Below are positions 63,153-64,000 of a stretch of 64,000 nucleotides of DNA, piece by piece. The stretch's first letter is position 1; each line of letters begins with the position of its first letter. A program made the position numbers and the translations under genes. Origin of the DNA: Pseudomonadota bacterium (GTDB lineage: Bacteria; Myxococcota_A; UBA9160; UBA4427); NCBI GenBank assembly GCA_022361175.1, contig JAKSBN010000445.1:32064-96063 (forward strand), written 5' to 3'. The notes below the pieces were generated by a model that had not been told where the DNA came from, ran no database searches, and was given only the letters and a program-made list of their open reading frames with translations.

Positions 63153-63578
63153 ATGAACTGCCCCAAGAAGTGCGAGTCAGCCGATTTTCGCCCCATGGAC
63201 ACCCAGGAGGGCGTCACCGTCGACTTCTACTCCGGCTGCAAGGGGCTCTGGTTCGACAAGGGCGAGCTGGCCTTCTACGTGGAGACCTCCGAGGACCTGC
63301 CTTCCAAGCGCGAATCGGACGCCGAGGCCCGGGAGACGGACTTTGCGTGCCCCAAGTGCCCCGATCAGAAGCTTCTGGAGATGCCCTACCAGCCGGGCGC
63401 CGAGCTCCTGATCGACAGCTGCGGCCAGTGCCAGGGCATCTTCCTGGACAACCGCGAGCTGCCGAAGCTGGAGGCGCTCGCGCGCGACGTGGAACCCGTC
63501 GGCAAGGTGTTCCGCACCGTCCAGAAGCTCCAGGACCAGGGCTTCCTGGTGCTCGGCGGCAGCGTCCACCAGCGCTAG
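63153..63578 (+). CDS. Tandem zf-TFIIB zinc-ribbon protein
   Basis: GGAGGA RBS; CPKKC...GLWFDKGEL and CPKC...CGQCQGIFLDNREL. Confidence 0.8.
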   Translation: MNCPKKCESADFRPMDTQEGVTVDFYSGCKGLWFDKGELAFYVETSEDLPSKRESDAEARETDFACPKCPDQKLLEMPYQPGAELLIDSCGQCQGIFLDNRELPKLEALARDVEPVGKVFRTVQKLQDQGFLVLGGSVHQR

Positions 63579-63671
63579 GCGCCCGGGCGCGTTGCAGCGC
63601 CGCCCCGCCGTGCGATGCTGCCCGGAGTCCCCCGCCGAGGCACCTGCGGGCGACGCCGAGGAGTCTCTCGC

Positions 63672-64000
63672 TTGGCCTGTCGACTGCTCGCCCTGGATGT
63701 GGACGGGACCCTGCTCGATCCGGAAGGTCGCCTGCAGGACGCCGTCGTTGCGGCGGTCCGCGAGGCGGCCGCGCGAGTCCGCGTCGTCCTCTGCACGGGC
63801 CGCCGCTATCGCACGGTCCGTCCCGTTCTCGAAGCGCTGGCCCTGTCGGGACCCGTCGTGGTCCACAACGGCGTCCTGGTGGTCGACGGCGCGACCGGCG
63901 AAACCCTGCACCCGCACTACCTCCCAAGCGAGCTGCATCTGGAAATCCGCGAGCTGCTCGGCCAGGTCGGCCCCCCACTGGTCTACGTGGATCACGACGA
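63672..64000 (+). CDS. Cof-type HAD-IIB hydrolase, 3' end truncated (absent from the ORF track)
   Basis: GAGGAG RBS + TTG; hand translation LLALDVDGTLL...LCTGRR...VVHNG. Confidence 0.85.
   Translation, partial: MACRLLALDVDGTLLDPEGRLQDAVVAAVREAAARVRVVLCTGRRYRTVRPVLEALALSGPVVVHNGVLVVDGATGETLHPHYLPSELHLEIRELLGQVGPPLVYVDHD

Overview
A 64 kb gene-dense, very GC-rich (roughly 70% by eye) bacterial chromosomal segment with about 57 CDS. I saw no rRNA, tRNA, CRISPR array, prophage or transposase. Gene content (PEP-CTERM protein, Myxococcales-type WYP protein, many lipid/acyl-CoA enzymes, orphan kinases) suggests a Myxococcota/deltaproteobacterial-like organism; this is inference. Main blocks: an Atu-like acyl-CoA carboxylase operon; prfC; two paralogous membrane GAF-PAS histidine kinases flanking a lytic transglycosylase; a lipoprotein subtilase; thiolase; HDAC; a YafY/WYL regulator facing a Tat-exported PhoX; TetR facing an AlkB-like gene across a perfect operator; a diguanylate cyclase; a permuted papain-like amidase; apaG; a foldase-lipase pair; aminopeptidase, radical SAM and ABC-ATPase; an acyl-CoA dehydrogenase pair; sucA; two DNA glycosylases; dapF. 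Most notable oddities: a DapF with both catalytic cysteines replaced by serine, a 164-bp CTAG-flanked MITE-like hairpin element, the duplicated-kinase/SLT/lipoprotein module, a structured terminator-containing lipase leader, a minimal PEP-CTERM microprotein, and five convergent gene pairs that each share one CTAG as both stop codons. No complete novel system can be proven from the sequence alone. Many start codons were re-called by eye.
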